This document shows, in pieces, positions 37,197-48,307 of a stretch of 64,000 nt of DNA (its first letter is position 1; each line of letters starts with the position of its first letter). The position numbers and the translations under genes were made by a program. The notes beneath the pieces were generated by a model. It ran no database searches, was not told the origin of the DNA, and worked only from the letters and a program-made list of their open reading frames with translations. This DNA comes from Bythopirellula sp. GTDB taxonomy: Bacteria > Planctomycetota > Planctomycetia > Pirellulales > Lacipirellulaceae. The DNA lies in the NCBI GenBank assembly GCA_965216565.1, contig OZ244170.1, positions 2,176,001 to 2,240,000 of the forward strand, in the 5' to 3' direction.

Positions 37197-40100
37197 CTAT
37201 GAGTTCCAATCGCCAATCAGGCTGAAGGCATCGTCCACAAGGTCGACCTCGGCATCGTCCGTACCGCCGTTGATGGAATAGGCCAGCTGATTGTCGAAGC
37301 CCATGGCGTGCATGTAATAGCCGGTGCGGCTTAGGGCTGTGAAGTTCTCGTCGGCATACAGGGTGTCGTCCCCGGCACCATCGTAGTAGTCGGCCCGATC
37401 GTCGCCCCCAGCCGTTGCATAGGCATAGGCTTTCTCGAATCCAACGCCGTAGTTGAAGAATCCATCGCCGCTCATCTGGGCATAGTCCGCTTTGCTGATG
37501 AAGCGGTCGTTGCCCAGCGAGTCAAAGAAGTCGGCCCGGTCGATGCCACCAGCGGTGGAATAGGCATAGACCCGGTCAAATCCAGTTCCGTAATTGAAGA
37601 ACCCCGTGCCGCTCATCTGAGCGTAGGTTGGCTTGCTTGTGAATCGATCGTCGCCAATCGAGTCGTAGAAGTCGGCCCGGTCGTCAGCGCCACCGTTCAC
37701 GGCGTAGGCATAAACCCGATCGAAGCCGGTTCCGTAGTTGAAGTACCCAGTTCCGCTCATCTCCGAGTAGGTCGGCTTCGAAACAAAGCGGTCACTACCG
37801 GCGGAATCGTAGAAGTTGGCTCGATCGTCAACACCGCCATTGATCGCGTAGGCATAGACGCGATCGAAGCCGGTTCCGTAGTTGAAGTACCCTGTACCGC
37901 TCATCTCCGAATAGTCCGGCTTGGAGACGAAGAAATCGCTACCCGCCGAATCGTAGAAGTCGGCTCGATCGTCGACGCCGCCTGCAATCGCGTAGGCATA
38001 CACGCGGTCGAAGCCAGTGCCGTAGTTGAAGAAGCCCGTGCCGCTCATCTGGGCGAAGGTTGGCTTGGCGACGAAGCGATCGCTCCCAGCCGAATCGTAG
38101 AAGTCGGCCCGATCATCGACACCACCCGCTGTGGCGTAAGCATAGACCCGGTCGAATCCGCTGGCGTAATTGAAGAAACCATCGCCACTCATCTGTGAGA
38201 AAGTCGACTTGCCAACAAATCGATCGCTCCCAGCCGAGTCGTAGAAGTCGGCTCGGTCGTCAACGCCTCCTAAAGTCGCGTAAGCGTACACGCGATCGAA
38301 TCCGCTGGCATAGTTGAAGAATCCATCACCGCCCAATTGAGCGTAAGTCGACTTGCCAACGAAACGGTCGCTGCCGGCCGAATCGTAGAAATCGGCTCGA
38401 TCATCCACGCCTCCCAAGGTGGCGTAGGCATACACGCGATCGAAATCGCTCGCGTAGTTGAAAAATCCTGTTCCGCTAAGCTGTGCAAACGTCTCGCGGC
38501 CGATAAACCGATCGCTGCCGGCGGAATCGTAGAGATTGGCTCGATCGTTGCCGCCTCCGCCCACGGAATAAATCGTCTCGACGCTCGAAGCAAAGCCATT
38601 GAAACCGGAGCCGGACAGATTGATTTGGCCAACGCGAATCGTGGCAATCTCATCCCCTGACGTACCCGTCATGGTTATCGTATCGTTGCCCGCTCCGCCA
38701 TCGAACTCAATATCGGTTACCGAAAACGATGCAAAGCTATGCTCGATGCCGTTGACTGATACTTGGTGGGTGTCACCCGCGTTGAAGGCAAAAACGTCGT
38801 TCCCAGTGGTTCCGTTCACGACAACTGTGGTCCCATCCAAAGCAACTAGATTGCTGAGCCTGAGATCAACATCGCTGTTCGTTCCCATCACAGAAACATA
38901 GAATTCTTCACCCGCACTGGCGTAGGCATCCACCCGCGAGTAGCCGCCCACAGAATTACCCGTATCGATTTGCTGCAACTCAGCATCGAATAGCTGGAGG
39001 CTCACCTGTCCGCCGGCTTGACTGTAGAAGCTCTCGACGGTTAGGAATCCAGCGGCGGAGGCTTCGATGCGATACCAATCTTCTCCGTCCACGGCCAGGT
39101 CGTTCACGTTGTCGAAGTAAACACTACCCAAGTCCGTAAAGGTGAAACTAGTTTCAGTGGTGATGTCGAAATCGTAGTATCCGATGCCCGCGTCCGACGA
39201 AAAGTTGAGCGTGTAAGTCTGGCCGGCTGTAATGTCGAACGTAAACACTTCGCCCGAGTCACCAGAGACTTGCCCGGAACCACCTTCAAGTCCCCAGGCA
39301 GCTTCCAGGTCGTGCGTCATGTTGGTGGCATTGAAACTCACCGTGCCGGTGGTGCCGGCTGTGAACGTAAAGTAGTCGGCGTCGCTCAAAGTGCCGATCA
39401 AACCGCTGAGCGAGGCGGTGTCGGTGATCGTCCCCAGGTTGTGGGCCGTTCCGAATGTCGAACCAAAGTCATCGATGGGCATCAGTGCGTCGATCGCTGC
39501 ATCGATATTCAGGCTGGCATACCACTGATTGGTGGACGAATCAAAAATCGAATCGGCCGTGTCCATCATGTGGTCGTAAATATCATCCTGAGTGATGTTC
39601 GTTTGGCCAACGAACTCCATCGCCTCGCGGATAATCACACTGGCTCCAGCGACGTAAGGGGCTGCCATGCTGGTACCGGAGAAGCTGGCCCAGTCGTCGG
39701 TCACCCCGTTATCGTCACCCTTATAGTCAGGTACGGTGCTAACAATCGTGCGGCCGGGGGCGGCAATCGCACGCGTGTGCCGTTGGCTGAAGTAGCTCAG
39801 GTTGCCGTTGTCGTCCACACTCATCACCGGCACAACGTAGGAACTGGCCGCCGGATAGCTCAGGCCTTCTTCATTGAAGCTGGTATAGGCGTTGCCAGCC
39901 GAGACCGAGATAAAAATGCCGTCGGCTTCAAGCTGCGCGAACTCATCTTCCAAGGTGGCCCAGGCTGGAACAGTATCCGCGTTCCAACTCGCCACGCCCA
40001 GAGAGAGATTCACCGCCGTGATAGGACTCTCGAAGCTATTCTGGTTGTCGTGTACCCACTGCAACGCACTTTCAACCCAAGAGAAGTAGCCATCGCCCAC

Positions 40101-40676
40101 GTCGTTAAAAACTCGCAAGCCAACGAGGTCCACTCCCGGTGCAACACCAGAGTGCGTGCTGTCATCCGAACCGACGATACCGGCCACATGGGTACCGTGC
40201 GAACCCGAAGGGCCATCGTCATAAGGATTGGCGTCGTTCTCGGTGAAGTCGTATCCGCCAACAACGCGATAGTTCTGACCGTACCCGCCACCGAGGGCAT
40301 AGTGATCGTAGGCAATGCCGCTATCAATAACGGCCACGGTTTGGCCTGTACCGAGAAAACCGTAGTCGTTGCGTACGTCGTTCAGACCGGTCTGATTATG
40401 CGCGTTGGCAAGCGCTTGTTCGATTTCCTGCAGTTGATGTTCTAGTGAGGGATCGTTGCTGGAATCAATCCAGAAATCAGGTAGCGACTCCTGATGATGC
40501 TCGATGGCATCGAAATCTTGATGATGTTCGATCGGGCCATCGAAATCCTGATGGTGCTCGATCGCTCCACCTAGAAAACCGCCTACCGGATCGGCAGACA
40601 TCATCTGACGATCTTCCAACTGCTCGACCGACGCCGACCAATCCTTTTTATGTTTGAATTCTCTTCCCACAGCCAC
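37197..40676 (-). CDS. Secreted S8 (subtilisin-like) protease with PPC-like domain and 48-aa tandem repeats
   Basis: N-terminal EQLEDRQMMS (planctomycete LExR motif); triad VIDSG, HGTHVAG, GTSMA; DADYFTF; about 9 repeats. Confidence 0.9.
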   Translation of the reverse strand: MAVGREFKHKKDWSASVEQLEDRQMMSADPVGGFLGGAIEHHQDFDGPIEHHQDFDAIEHHQESLPDFWIDSSNDPSLEHQLQEIEQALANAHNQTGLNDVRNDYGFLGTGQTVAVIDSGIAYDHYALGGGYGQNYRVVGGYDFTENDANPYDDGPSGSHGTHVAGIVGSDDSTHSGVAPGVDLVGLRVFNDVGDGYFSWVESALQWVHDNQNSFESPITAVNLSLGVASWNADTVPAWATLEDEFAQLEADGIFISVSAGNAYTSFNEEGLSYPAASSYVVPVMSVDDNGNLSYFSQRHTRAIAAPGRTIVSTVPDYKGDDNGVTDDWASFSGTSMAAPYVAGASVIIREAMEFVGQTNITQDDIYDHMMDTADSIFDSSTNQWYASLNIDAAIDALMPIDDFGSTFGTAHNLGTITDTASLSGLIGTLSDADYFTFTAGTTGTVSFNATNMTHDLEAAWGLEGGSGQVSGDSGEVFTFDITAGQTYTLNFSSDAGIGYYDFDITTETSFTFTDLGSVYFDNVNDLAVDGEDWYRIEASAAGFLTVESFYSQAGGQVSLQLFDAELQQIDTGNSVGGYSRVDAYASAGEEFYVSVMGTNSDVDLRLSNLVALDGTTVVVNGTTGNDVFAFNAGDTHQVSVNGIEHSFASFSVTDIEFDGGAGNDTITMTGTSGDEIATIRVGQINLSGSGFNGFASSVETIYSVGGGGNDRANLYDSAGSDRFIGRETFAQLSGTGFFNYASDFDRVYAYATLGGVDDRADFYDSAGSDRFVGKSTYAQLGGDGFFNYASGFDRVYAYATLGGVDDRADFYDSAGSDRFVGKSTFSQMSGDGFFNYASGFDRVYAYATAGGVDDRADFYDSAGSDRFVAKPTFAQMSGTGFFNYGTGFDRVYAYAIAGGVDDRADFYDSAGSDFFVSKPDYSEMSGTGYFNYGTGFDRVYAYAINGGVDDRANFYDSAGSDRFVSKPTYSEMSGTGYFNYGTGFDRVYAYAVNGGADDRADFYDSIGDDRFTSKPTYAQMSGTGFFNYGTGFDRVYAYSTAGGIDRADFFDSLGNDRFISKADYAQMSGDGFFNYGVGFEKAYAYATAGGDDRADYYDGAGDDTLYADENFTALSRTGYYMHAMGFDNQLAYSINGGTDDAEVDLVDDAFSLIGDWNS
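37260..38547 (-). repeat. About 9 x 144-bp (48-aa) coding tandem repeats
   Basis: Unit DRADFYDSAGSDRF..K.TxAQMSG.GFFNY..GFDRVYAYA..GG.D. Confidence 0.92.
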
Positions 40677-41257
40677 AGTCCTTCTGGCATGGTGGGTTCA
40701 CTCAGGGAGAGGGCTGCCGATACGCGTAGCGACGGCAGCTAGAGCGAACGTTGTACACCTTGATGTGATCAGCCCATGACCGAGCCAAAAATTGGCGAGG
40801 TCCCCGAAAAGCCTATTTCTAGGGAGCAGAGCGGCGTCTTGGGTTAACGGCGCGGCAATCTGCTCATTCAAAGCCTAGGTCGAAACAACCCGGCAAGTGT
40901 CCAGCTTTTCGAGATGACGGGGATAAAAACCCCTGTCTTAACCAGCGGAAATGGAACCCTCACTCAGAGCGTGTTGACAGCCCTCCACTATGCTGCCAAT
41001 CGCGGTGAATAACGACAACGTTCTGTTGTCCTTTCGCAACACCTTTACGCAAGTACGCCCGGTGACAACAATGGTTCAGTTGGCCGAGTCTAAAGCACAA
41101 TTTTGCTATTGTACGATATTTGCCAACCAATCCGTGCGATGGTCAGTGCTTCTTAGGCATCCTGCCAGCTACCGATGATTATCCGCCTTCCTGCCGGCCA
41201 TGTCCAGCGGCCACATTTGCGTTGCTGCTCGAATTGGTTTTTTTGCAAGGTATCCCA

Positions 41258-42947
41258 ATGAATCAGGATTCTTACGACTCGGCCATTGCAGAGACCATCG
41301 CGTCGGTACGTTCCGTCGATTCGCTGGAAGGAAACTCGGAGCCCGATCGCGCAGATGTTCGCCAAAAGGTAGCGCTGGTCGAAGGCAGCACGCCGCACTT
41401 GAGCCACGAAATCAGGGCTCTTCTGCGGGACCGGTTGAAACTTGTGGCCATTCTGCTGGCCGTCGGTTGTTGGTGCCTTCCTGTTACTCTCGCTCTGGCA
41501 TTTTCAAGAAAGCGTTACCGGCCCCAACGCCAATCTTTTCTACGCACACATTGCCGTCACTTTAGTGCTAGCACTCATCTCCCAGAGACTATGTGCCCAG
41601 TGTGACGTATTTCTCGGTCACCTCCGCATTTCAGAAGCAATCATCTTTGGCTGCCCTGCGGCCTTCTTCTTGTTCGCTGGCTACCACGAAGTCCTAGCCG
41701 ATGCCGCCACCGGTGCCGAGCACCGCCACATACCCACCATCACCGGTCCGTGGATGGTACTAATTTTTTGCTACGCGCTATTCGTACCCAATAATTGGCA
41801 ACGCGCTCTGGTTGTGATCGGTCTAATGGGATTGGCACCGATTGGCATACTTGTCGCAGACTACTGGCTCTCCGACGATGTGGCCGAGATCATGTCGCAC
41901 GAGCAATTTCAGGATACTTTTTTCAGCTCGTCTTTGGTCATGGCCCTATTTGTTCTGACCGGAACTGTGGGGGTTCACACTATCGGGACTCTGCGCCGCG
42001 AAGCCTTTGTCGCAAGAAAACTTGGCCAATATCGGCTGAAACAAAAACTCGGTAGCGGAGGGATGGGTGAAGTCTATCTCGCCGAGCACGAGATGATGAA
42101 ACGCCCCTGTGCCGTAAAGACCATTCGCCCCGAAAAGGCCGGCGACCCGCAAATTATGGCCCGCTTCGAACGTGAAGTCCGCGCCACGGCCAAGCTCTCG
42201 CATTGGAATTCAATCGACGTGTTTGATTATGGCCGGACTTCCGATGGCACTTTCTACTACGTCATGGAATATCTCCCTGGTCACAATATCAACGAGCTAG
42301 TGGATGTTCACGGTGCGCTCCCCGCAGCCCGCATCGTCTATCTCATGAAACAGGTCTGCGATGCCCTGGCCGAGGCCCACGGGCAGGGCCTCATTCATCG
42401 CGACATAAAACCGGCCAATATCTTCTGTGCCTACCGCGGAGGAATTTTCGATGTTGCTAAGCTGCTCGATTTCGGATTGGCGAAACCGCTAACCGAGCCA
42501 ACTGATTTGAATTTGACGCAAGCCGGCTCGATCACCGGCTCCCCTCTCTACATGTCGCCCGAACAATCAATGGGCAGCGACGAGGTGGACGAACGGAGCG
42601 ACATCTACTCGCTGGGCGCCGTGATGTATTACATGGCCACGGGCAAGCCACCGTTTTTCGACGAGAAACCAATCAAGGTGATGGTGGCCCATGCCTCGGA
42701 ACAACCCCCACCACCCCGGGAACTCAACCCAGAGATTCCGGAGGAATTGGAAGAGGTGATTCTGCGTTGTTTGGAAAAACAGCCGGAAGATCGATTCCAG
42801 GACGTCCGCACTCTAGGGGAGATGCTGCTGCAAGTTCCCTGTCACGAACCGTGGACGGCAGAGCTCGCCGCCGACTGGTGGCACGATTACGGCTGCCCCA
42901 AACGCAAAGCCATGGCCGCTGAGGCGGTGGAGCTGGCGGCGGTATAA
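41258..42947 (+). pseudogene. Membrane Ser/Thr protein kinase with an apparent +1 frameshift near 41468-41471 (pseudogene or sequencing error)
   Basis: N-terminal frame from ATG 41258 runs into a TM helix (LVAILLAVG) that continues in the next frame (GAFLLLSL). Kinase motifs GSGGMG, AVK, HRDIKPAN, DFG, SPE are intact. Confidence 0.7.
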
Positions 42948-42981
42948 CTGCCTTACCTCCTCGACGGCCCAGCATGACTAG

Positions 42982-43182
42982 GTGGCTGGGTTAGCCGCTA
43001 GACGCAACCCAGCATTCGCTCGAGTGCCATGGCCACGCTAAATCCGGGCAACGCTCTTGTCGAACCCAACCCGTTATTAAAATTCCAACGCCAGCACTGA
43101 AGCAAACGGACCACGTTGGAACAAGCACCGTGGTCGCTATAGATTAGGATAAGTGGTGTAGCATAGCACTCGGCCCAGCCAC
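42982..43182. repeat. Inverted REP-like pair
   Basis: GTGGCTGGGTT...AACCCAGC hairpin at 42982-43013 and inverted CCCAGCCAC at 43174-43182. Confidence 0.45.
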
Positions 43183-43217
43183 ACTCCACAAAACTTCTCA
43201 ATCATTCTGGTCTTGCC

Positions 43218-43529
43218 ATGGCTAATTCAGAAACTCAACCTGAACCGTTAACCTTTCGCGGTTCCATGAAGGCGGGCATGTATACCGCTCAACTCGGTGT
43301 GCAACTGCAAGTGACGCCCGGCGCATTAACGCTCAGCGCATCTGGACGTAGCTATCAGCTAGATCGCGATAACTTTGATGGTTTGTCCTTGACGTCAATA
43401 CTTGGAGTTTTCAAACGTGGGATCGTGTTCCATCATCACCAGCAAGATCTGCCAAGCAACTTGGTGTTCTATCCAACCGTCCCTAGAGAGGACTTAATGG
43501 AGAAGATCGAACACCTGGGCTGGTCTTGA
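43218..43529 (+). CDS. Hypothetical protein (103 aa)
   Basis: ATG-initiated ORF in an otherwise non-coding gap, globular composition. Confidence 0.6.
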   Translation: MANSETQPEPLTFRGSMKAGMYTAQLGVQLQVTPGALTLSASGRSYQLDRDNFDGLSLTSILGVFKRGIVFHHHQQDLPSNLVFYPTVPREDLMEKIEHLGWS

Positions 43530-43548
43530 TCCTCTGCTGTAATACGTT

Positions 43549-43716
43549 GGGTGTGCCACCCTACGATATTGGAGATAGTGGGGGCATTGTTTTATTTGCA
43601 ATAGGCTCAACCGAGTGACTTTGAGTACGTAGGGTGTGCCAAAGCAAAGCGGCGGCACACCGAAGAGGTCGATGTCAGACACCTCACTCTCGGTGGGCCT
43701 GACGGCACCACCCTAC
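43549..43716. repeat. GTAG-type REP elements
   Basis: GTAG-GGTGTGCC...GGCACACC (43629-43661), inverted partner ending CCACCCTAC (43691-43716), short third copy at 43549-43564. Confidence 0.65.
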
Positions 43717-43806
43717 AATCGCTAACTTGACTTTGCCTCGGCTTTGTCGTCCATAGTCGCTTCCTCTGGAAACATCTGTCGGTACTTGACGTCGATACGC
43801 AATGAA

Positions 43807-43946
43807 CTAGAAGCAGTTTCAAAAACCAATGAGCCGAATGCGCTAGCATCGGGTAGCATCAGAATAATCCCGAGACCTACGCTACCCACGGCTAGCGCCG
43901 TCGGCTCACTTAGGACTGTTGTTGGTTTCTTCTAAACTCTTCCTAG
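43807..43946. repeat. Nested inverted-repeat (REPIN-like) element
   Basis: TGAGCCGA..GCGCTAGC...GGGTAGC (43830-43857) pairs with GCTACCC...GCTAGCGC..TCGGCTCA (43881-43908); imperfect outer IR CTAGAAGCAGTTT / AAACTCTTCCTAG. Confidence 0.7.
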
Positions 43947-44277
43947 ATATTTTTACCAAGTTTTCGCCGGTAGATGTGGATGGTATGCCTACGCGTGTTT
44001 GATCTTGGACGATCTAAATGCTGAGAGCTTGGAACTTCGGACCAGTTACCGTCCCTGGAAAGTTCAAACTTCACACTTCGAACTTCCACGCGTCAGCGGG
44101 ATGCAGGTCGCCGGGGCTGCCCAGTTCGCTCAGCGAACTTCGGGCGGAAACCGCTTGTCCTGGAAGCAAGCGACGTTTCGAACGCCCCCGCGGCTACTTT
44201 CGCACCGGGCTGTTTTTGCCTAGAATAAGGGGCTCGAAACATTCCTCCCTTGCTCACCTCCTAGCCACCAACTTGCC

Positions 44278-45690
44278 ATGCCAGCAGACAGTTCCGCGCC
44301 ACGCACGCTTTTTGAAAAAGTTTGGGACAACCATATCGTCCACACCCCCGAGGGACGGCAGACGATTCTCTACATCGACCTGCACCTGGTTCATGAAGTG
44401 ACCAGCCCCCAGGCCTTCGAAGGGTTGCGGCTTGCCAAGCGACAGGTTCGCCGACCGGATCGCACGGTCGCCACGGCGGATCATAACGTCCCCACCTCCG
44501 ATCGCAGCCTGCCGATTGTCGACCAAATCTCGAAACAACAGATCGACACCCTGCGTAACAACTGCAAAGAGTTCGGCATTAAATATTACGATCTCAACGA
44601 CTCCAAGCAGGGGATCGTCCACGTCATCGGTCCTGAACTGGGCTATACCCAACCGGGAATGACCATCGTTTGTGGCGATAGCCACACCTCGACGCACGGC
44701 GCATTTGGCGCGCTCGCCTTTGGCATCGGCACGAGCGAAGTCGAGCACGTCATGGCTACGCAGACGCTATTGCAAAACAAGCCCCAGACGTTGGAACTTC
44801 GCGTCGATGGCGATTTGCTTCCGGGCGTGACCGCCAAAGATTTGATTCTGTATCTCATCGGCGAGATCACCACCGACGGCGGCACCGGTTACTGCGTCGA
44901 ATACACCGGCTCGGCCATCGAAAGTCTCACCATGGAAAACCGCATGACGGTGTGCAACATGTCGATCGAGGGCGGTGCCCGAGCAGGAATGATCGCGCCG
45001 GATGAAACGACCTACGAGTATCTGCGCGGTCGGCAGTTTGTTCCCAAGGATTTCGAGGCGGCCGTGGAAAATTGGAAACAGCTCCCTACCGACGAAGGGG
45101 CGACCTACGACAAGTCACTGAAATTCGCGGCGGCAGATATCGCTCCGCAAGTCACTTGGGGTACGAACCCCGGTTTAGTCGTTTCTGTCGACGGCAAGGT
45201 TCCACAGCCGGGCGACTATTCCGATCCAACCGAGCAAAAGACCGCGGCCAATGCTCTCGACTACATGGGGCTCGCAGGGGGGGAACCGATTGTCGATCTC
45301 AAGCTCGATCGCGTCTTCATCGGTTCCTGCACCAATGCCCGCATCGAGGATCTGCGTGCCGCGGCAGAAGTGGCCAAAGGTCGGAAGGTCTCGGGCCATG
45401 TCAGTGCGATGGTCGTCCCCGGCAGTGGGCAGGTAAAACTGCAAGCAGAAGAAGAAGGCCTCGACAAAGTGTTTACCGAAGCCGGCTTCGATTGGCGTGA
45501 GGCCGGTTGCAGCATGTGCCTAGCGATGAACCCCGACAAGCTGGCGCCGGGCGAACGATGTGCCTCGACCTCCAACCGCAACTTTGAAGGCCGCCAGGGC
45601 AGGGGGGGACGCACGCACTTGGTATCACCCGCCATGGCAGCCGCCGCAGCCATCGAAGGCCACTTCGTCGATATCCGCCAGTGGAAATAA
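44278..45690 (+). CDS. leuC: 3-isopropylmalate dehydratase large subunit
   Basis: [41 protein letters not shown]. Confidence 0.97.
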   Translation: MPADSSAPRTLFEKVWDNHIVHTPEGRQTILYIDLHLVHEVTSPQAFEGLRLAKRQVRRPDRTVATADHNVPTSDRSLPIVDQISKQQIDTLRNNCKEFGIKYYDLNDSKQGIVHVIGPELGYTQPGMTIVCGDSHTSTHGAFGALAFGIGTSEVEHVMATQTLLQNKPQTLELRVDGDLLPGVTAKDLILYLIGEITTDGGTGYCVEYTGSAIESLTMENRMTVCNMSIEGGARAGMIAPDETTYEYLRGRQFVPKDFEAAVENWKQLPTDEGATYDKSLKFAAADIAPQVTWGTNPGLVVSVDGKVPQPGDYSDPTEQKTAANALDYMGLAGGEPIVDLKLDRVFIGSCTNARIEDLRAAAEVAKGRKVSGHVSAMVVPGSGQVKLQAEEEGLDKVFTEAGFDWREAGCSMCLAMNPDKLAPGERCASTSNRNFEGRQGRGGRTHLVSPAMAAAAAIEGHFVDIRQWK

Positions 45691-45746
45691 TCACGCGAAC
45701 CCACTGATCGCAATAACTACATTAGATTCTAACCCTCAAATACATC

Positions 45747-46334
45747 ATGAAACCTTTTACGAAACATACCGGCCTGGTGGTTGCCATGGATCGGGCCAAC
45801 GTCGATACCGATCAGATCATTCCCAAGCAATTCCTCAAGCGAATCGAGCGAACAGGCTTCGGCGAGTTCCTGTTCTGGGATTGGGGACGGCTCGAAGATG
45901 GCTCGCCCAATGAGGAGTTCGAACTCAACCGCCCCGAGGCCAAGGGAGCGAGCGTCTTGCTGGCGCGACGCAATTTTGGTTGCGGCTCCAGCCGCGAACA
46001 TGCCCCCTGGGCGCTAGAAGACTATGGCTTTCGCGTGATTATCGCCCCCAGCTTTGCCGACATCTTCTACAACAATTGCTTCAAGAATGGCATGTTGCCC
46101 ATCAAACTCACCGAAGAGCAGGTGAATAACCTGTTCGCCCGCGCCTCGCAGTACGACAACTACCAGCTCACCGCCGACCTGGAGAACCGCACTCTGACAG
46201 ACGAGCACGGTTTCACAGCTAACATCGTGGTGGAGGCATTCCGCCGCGACTGCCTGATCAATGGCTTGGACGATATCGGACTGACGCTGGAGCACGAAGA
46301 CAAAATCTCTGAGTTCGAGGCCGCGCGAGCGTAG
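45747..46334 (+). CDS. leuD: 3-isopropylmalate dehydratase small subunit
   Basis: [33 protein letters not shown]. Confidence 0.97.
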   Translation: MKPFTKHTGLVVAMDRANVDTDQIIPKQFLKRIERTGFGEFLFWDWGRLEDGSPNEEFELNRPEAKGASVLLARRNFGCGSSREHAPWALEDYGFRVIIAPSFADIFYNNCFKNGMLPIKLTEEQVNNLFARASQYDNYQLTADLENRTLTDEHGFTANIVVEAFRRDCLINGLDDIGLTLEHEDKISEFEAARA

Positions 46335-46339
46335 TACCG

Positions 46340-46663
46340 ATGGCAAGCCGACGCGAAAAAATCGAAGCCATGCTCGCCGACGATCCTCAGGATACGTTTT
46401 TGCGATACAGCCTGGCGATGGAACTCGACAAAGAAGGCGAGAATGATCAAAGCCTGGAACGACTCGCTGAGCTCACCAAGGACGACCCGCCGTATGTGCC
46501 CGCCTTCTTCATGGCTGGGCAGCAACTAGTGCGATTAGACCGCGTCAACGAAGCCCGCACCTTTCTTCGCGACGGTATCGAACAAGCCCGCCAGCAAAAC
46601 GACGCCCACGCCGCCGGCGAAATGAGCGAGTTCCTGGCATCGCTGGGTGATTTGGGTGAGTGA
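46340..46663 (+). CDS. Small TPR-like protein
   Basis: DPQDTFLRYSLA.E...YVPAFFMAGQ helical repeat pattern. Confidence 0.8.
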   Translation: MASRREKIEAMLADDPQDTFLRYSLAMELDKEGENDQSLERLAELTKDDPPYVPAFFMAGQQLVRLDRVNEARTFLRDGIEQARQQNDAHAAGEMSEFLASLGDLGE

Positions 46664-46702
46664 GTCTTGTCTTTGGCATTTTTTGCTACGACATCACAAA
46701 CT

Positions 46703-48307
46703 TTACGGAACCGATGCCTTCGAATCGCTACTCGCAACTCGCGAAAACTGAATGTCGCTCGGCATACTGCGGGAGAAGCTAAGCGACTCGATGGTGCCAG
46801 TGGCACTATCTTGAAATTTGACTAGCTCACGACAGAAGATATCTCGATGCTTACCCCGATCGTCGGGATTACCTTCCATGTCGAAGACGTCGTAGTGATA
46901 GTGCTGCAAAGCACCTTGGAACCCATGGTGCTGCCAACGTAGTTTCCCTCCTTGCAGCGATACTTCGAATTCACCGTAGGCGGGATTAGTGAACTTCCCG
47001 ACATATTTGTTGAGCGGATAGGTTGGTCTCGTGTCCTCAATGCGAGTGGGCCTGCGCTCGAGTTTAGCTTTCTCCTCACTTGCACGACTCTCCTCGTCCA
47101 TGCGGCGCATCGGGTCAAATTGTTCCGCAGGCTTCTGACCCCGCAAACGAGTCCGAATGTTTGCTTCAATTAACTCTGCCTGGGAGAGATAAGCCAAATT
47201 CGTCAGCACCACATAGGCACATTTGCGTTTAGGACAGAACCCGGCAACTGCCGTGAAGCCAATCCAACTGCCCGTATGCCGCCCCCATTTTTCTCCCTGG
47301 ATCATCAGCACTTGCCAGCCCATGCCATGAAAACCGATCGTCGATTCGTAGTGGTTAAACTCCGGCAACACGACTTCGGGCGTCAGCAAATCTTTCATAC
47401 GTTCTCGCGACACAATCTGCTTATCGTTGAACTCGCCCTGTGTTAGATACAGCTTGAGAAACTGGGCCATGTCTTCCACCGTCGAGTTTATCCCTGCCGC
47501 CGGGGCTGCAATATGCAGGGGGAATAATGGATGCCTAATGATCTCATTTTCGAACAACTCGTAGGGTACCGCATAATCGGCGTCCTCTTGCGATTTTGTC
47601 ACGGAGAAATTGGTACGGCTCATCCCGAGTGGATCGAGAATGCGACCTTGAATGAATTCCTCCCAGGATCCGCCGTACCGATCGATCATCTGCCCTGTGA
47701 TGAGATAACCACTGTTCGAGTAGAGGAATCTCGTCCCCACTGGAGCCGATGGTTCCAGGAAACGAAGCGTGCGATAGACCATCTCTGGTGAAGCATTCTT
47801 CTGCGACCAATCTCGGGTGCCGTACCAACGAAAACACTCCAGTGGCAGTCCCGTTTGATGCGACAGACAATCGCGAAGTGTCAATTCTGCAGTTGCCATT
47901 TCGTCCTGCAGCCGAAAGTCGGGAAGATGCTCGCGGACGCGATCGTTCCAGTGAATTTTGTTCTCATCTACCAGAATTGCTGCTGCTGTCGCCGTGAAAG
48001 ATTTAGTGATCGAGGCGATCGGGAAGAGGGTTTGGGCTGTTACCGGCAGTCGCTTCTCTAGGTCTCGGTAACCGTAACCCTTTGTGAGAATGGTTTGGTT
48101 TTCATCAATTACCGCAATCGCAACACCAGGAACCCGCCATTCCTTTAAAACCTGCTCGACAAAGTGATCGAAGTCTGAAAAGTCCGGCTGTGTTGCAACG
48201 ACTCCTGAGGAGTCCGAGATCTGCTGCGCTGATAGCCGTTCTACCGCAATGCTTGGGCAAACGATTGCGACGAAACAGATTACCTTATACATATTCATGC
48301 TTAGCAC
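46703..48307 (-). CDS. Serine hydrolase, beta-lactamase class C-like, with DUF3471-like C-terminal domain
   Basis: Signal peptide, SITK (SxxK), LSHQTG, YSN, HTG, YVGKFTNPAYG. Confidence 0.88.
   Translation of the reverse strand: MLSMNMYKVICFVAIVCPSIAVERLSAQQISDSSGVVATQPDFSDFDHFVEQVLKEWRVPGVAIAVIDENQTILTKGYGYRDLEKRLPVTAQTLFPIASITKSFTATAAAILVDENKIHWNDRVREHLPDFRLQDEMATAELTLRDCLSHQTGLPLECFRWYGTRDWSQKNASPEMVYRTLRFLEPSAPVGTRFLYSNSGYLITGQMIDRYGGSWEEFIQGRILDPLGMSRTNFSVTKSQEDADYAVPYELFENEIIRHPLFPLHIAAPAAGINSTVEDMAQFLKLYLTQGEFNDKQIVSRERMKDLLTPEVVLPEFNHYESTIGFHGMGWQVLMIQGEKWGRHTGSWIGFTAVAGFCPKRKCAYVVLTNLAYLSQAELIEANIRTRLRGQKPAEQFDPMRRMDEESRASEEKAKLERRPTRIEDTRPTYPLNKYVGKFTNPAYGEFEVSLQGGKLRWQHHGFQGALQHYHYDVFDMEGNPDDRGKHRDIFCRELVKFQDSATGTIESLSFSRSMPSDIQFSRVASSDSKASVP

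Noticed and set aside
37260..38547. Regular 144-bp DNA repeats as a CRISPR array
   Set aside because: They are in-frame coding repeats with synonymous variation, no unique spacers and no cas genes.
39270..40445. 391-aa + strand ORF
   Set aside because: Antisense shadow of the S8 protease with no recognisable motifs.
40690..40870. Riboswitch upstream of the S8 protease
   Set aside because: Hairpins are present (GCTGCCG/CGGCAGC, GAGCAGA/TCTGCTC), but I could not recognise any aptamer consensus.
43999..44277. Leucine attenuator upstream of leuC
   Set aside because: No Leu-rich leader peptide or terminator/antiterminator pair found; only a weak TTCGCA-N16-TAGAAT promoter-like match.
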